A stretch of 64,000 nucleotides of DNA from contig JAJDTG010000010.1 of assembly GCA_022827275.1 (NCBI GenBank), positions 155,641 through 219,640 of the forward strand. The letters are read 5' to 3'. This document shows, one piece after another, positions 63,346 through 64,000 of the stretch. How positions within the stretch are numbered: position 1 is the first letter of the stretch; the number at the start of each line of letters is the position of its first letter. The notes under the pieces were generated by a model. That model had not been told where the DNA came from, made no database searches, and was given only the letters and a program-made list of their open reading frames with translations. Both the position numbers and the translations under genes were made by a program. The stretch comes from Candidatus Dadabacteria bacterium. GTDB lineage: Bacteria > Desulfobacterota_D > UBA1144 > Nemesobacterales > Nemesobacteraceae.

Positions 63346-64000
<655 letters not shown>

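Overview
This 64 kb window is a chromosomal segment from a moderately high-GC bacterium of uncertain phylum. A partial 16S rRNA gene lies at the 3' end, but I cannot assign taxonomy from it with confidence. Most of the window is ordinary housekeeping content.

From 5' to 3' it contains:
- A thiol-peroxidase cluster with a tandemly duplicated bcp gene (tpx, bcp, Zn-ribbon ORF, DUF59, bcp) followed by bioD.
- A complete Alternative Complex III operon (actABCDEF plus a small single-TM ORF), then a GldC-like gene.
- A minus-strand mer-like transport cluster (MerT-like, MerP-like, an outer-membrane beta-barrel protein and a Cys/Met-rich periplasmic protein) with no merA and no adjacent merR.
- Housekeeping genes: LLM oxidoreductase, cyclophilin, purM, tonB-like, an IDH/IPMDH-family dehydrogenase, dedA, surE, two tandem tRNA-Pro, rnhB, dapA, asd, rpiB.
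- A roughly 6.5 kb low-GC island (about 23360-29920). It carries a translationally coupled pair: an AAA_14/DUF4143 ATPase, then a 1385-aa protein with an N-terminal NACHT-like P-loop, helical repeats and a C-terminal PD-(D/E)xK-like motif. I rank this pair as the most interesting item in the window, as a candidate anti-phage or stress-sensing system that I cannot match to a described one.
- More housekeeping genes: an orphan ABC substrate-binding protein, etfBA, murI, a tandem-hotdog thioesterase, clpS-clpA, a GNAT/FemAB-like protein, a Phd/YefM antitoxin with a truncated VapC remnant, an ABC-F ATPase, cstA.
- The conserved ffs-dnaX-ybaB-recR block on the minus strand, with a hipBA module right next to it.
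- Tandemly duplicated cupin genes, tRNA-Ser and tRNA-Leu, a NUDIX gene, moeB, and a tandemly duplicated csp cassette.
- trhO, a PolB-like 3'-5' exonuclease, a cimA/leuA-family gene, lysC, tsaE, nnr, a radical SAM gene, cysS, and a HicB-family antitoxin interrupted by an in-frame TGA.

Every call rests on my reading of the translated ORFs and recognised motifs. I ran no database searches.
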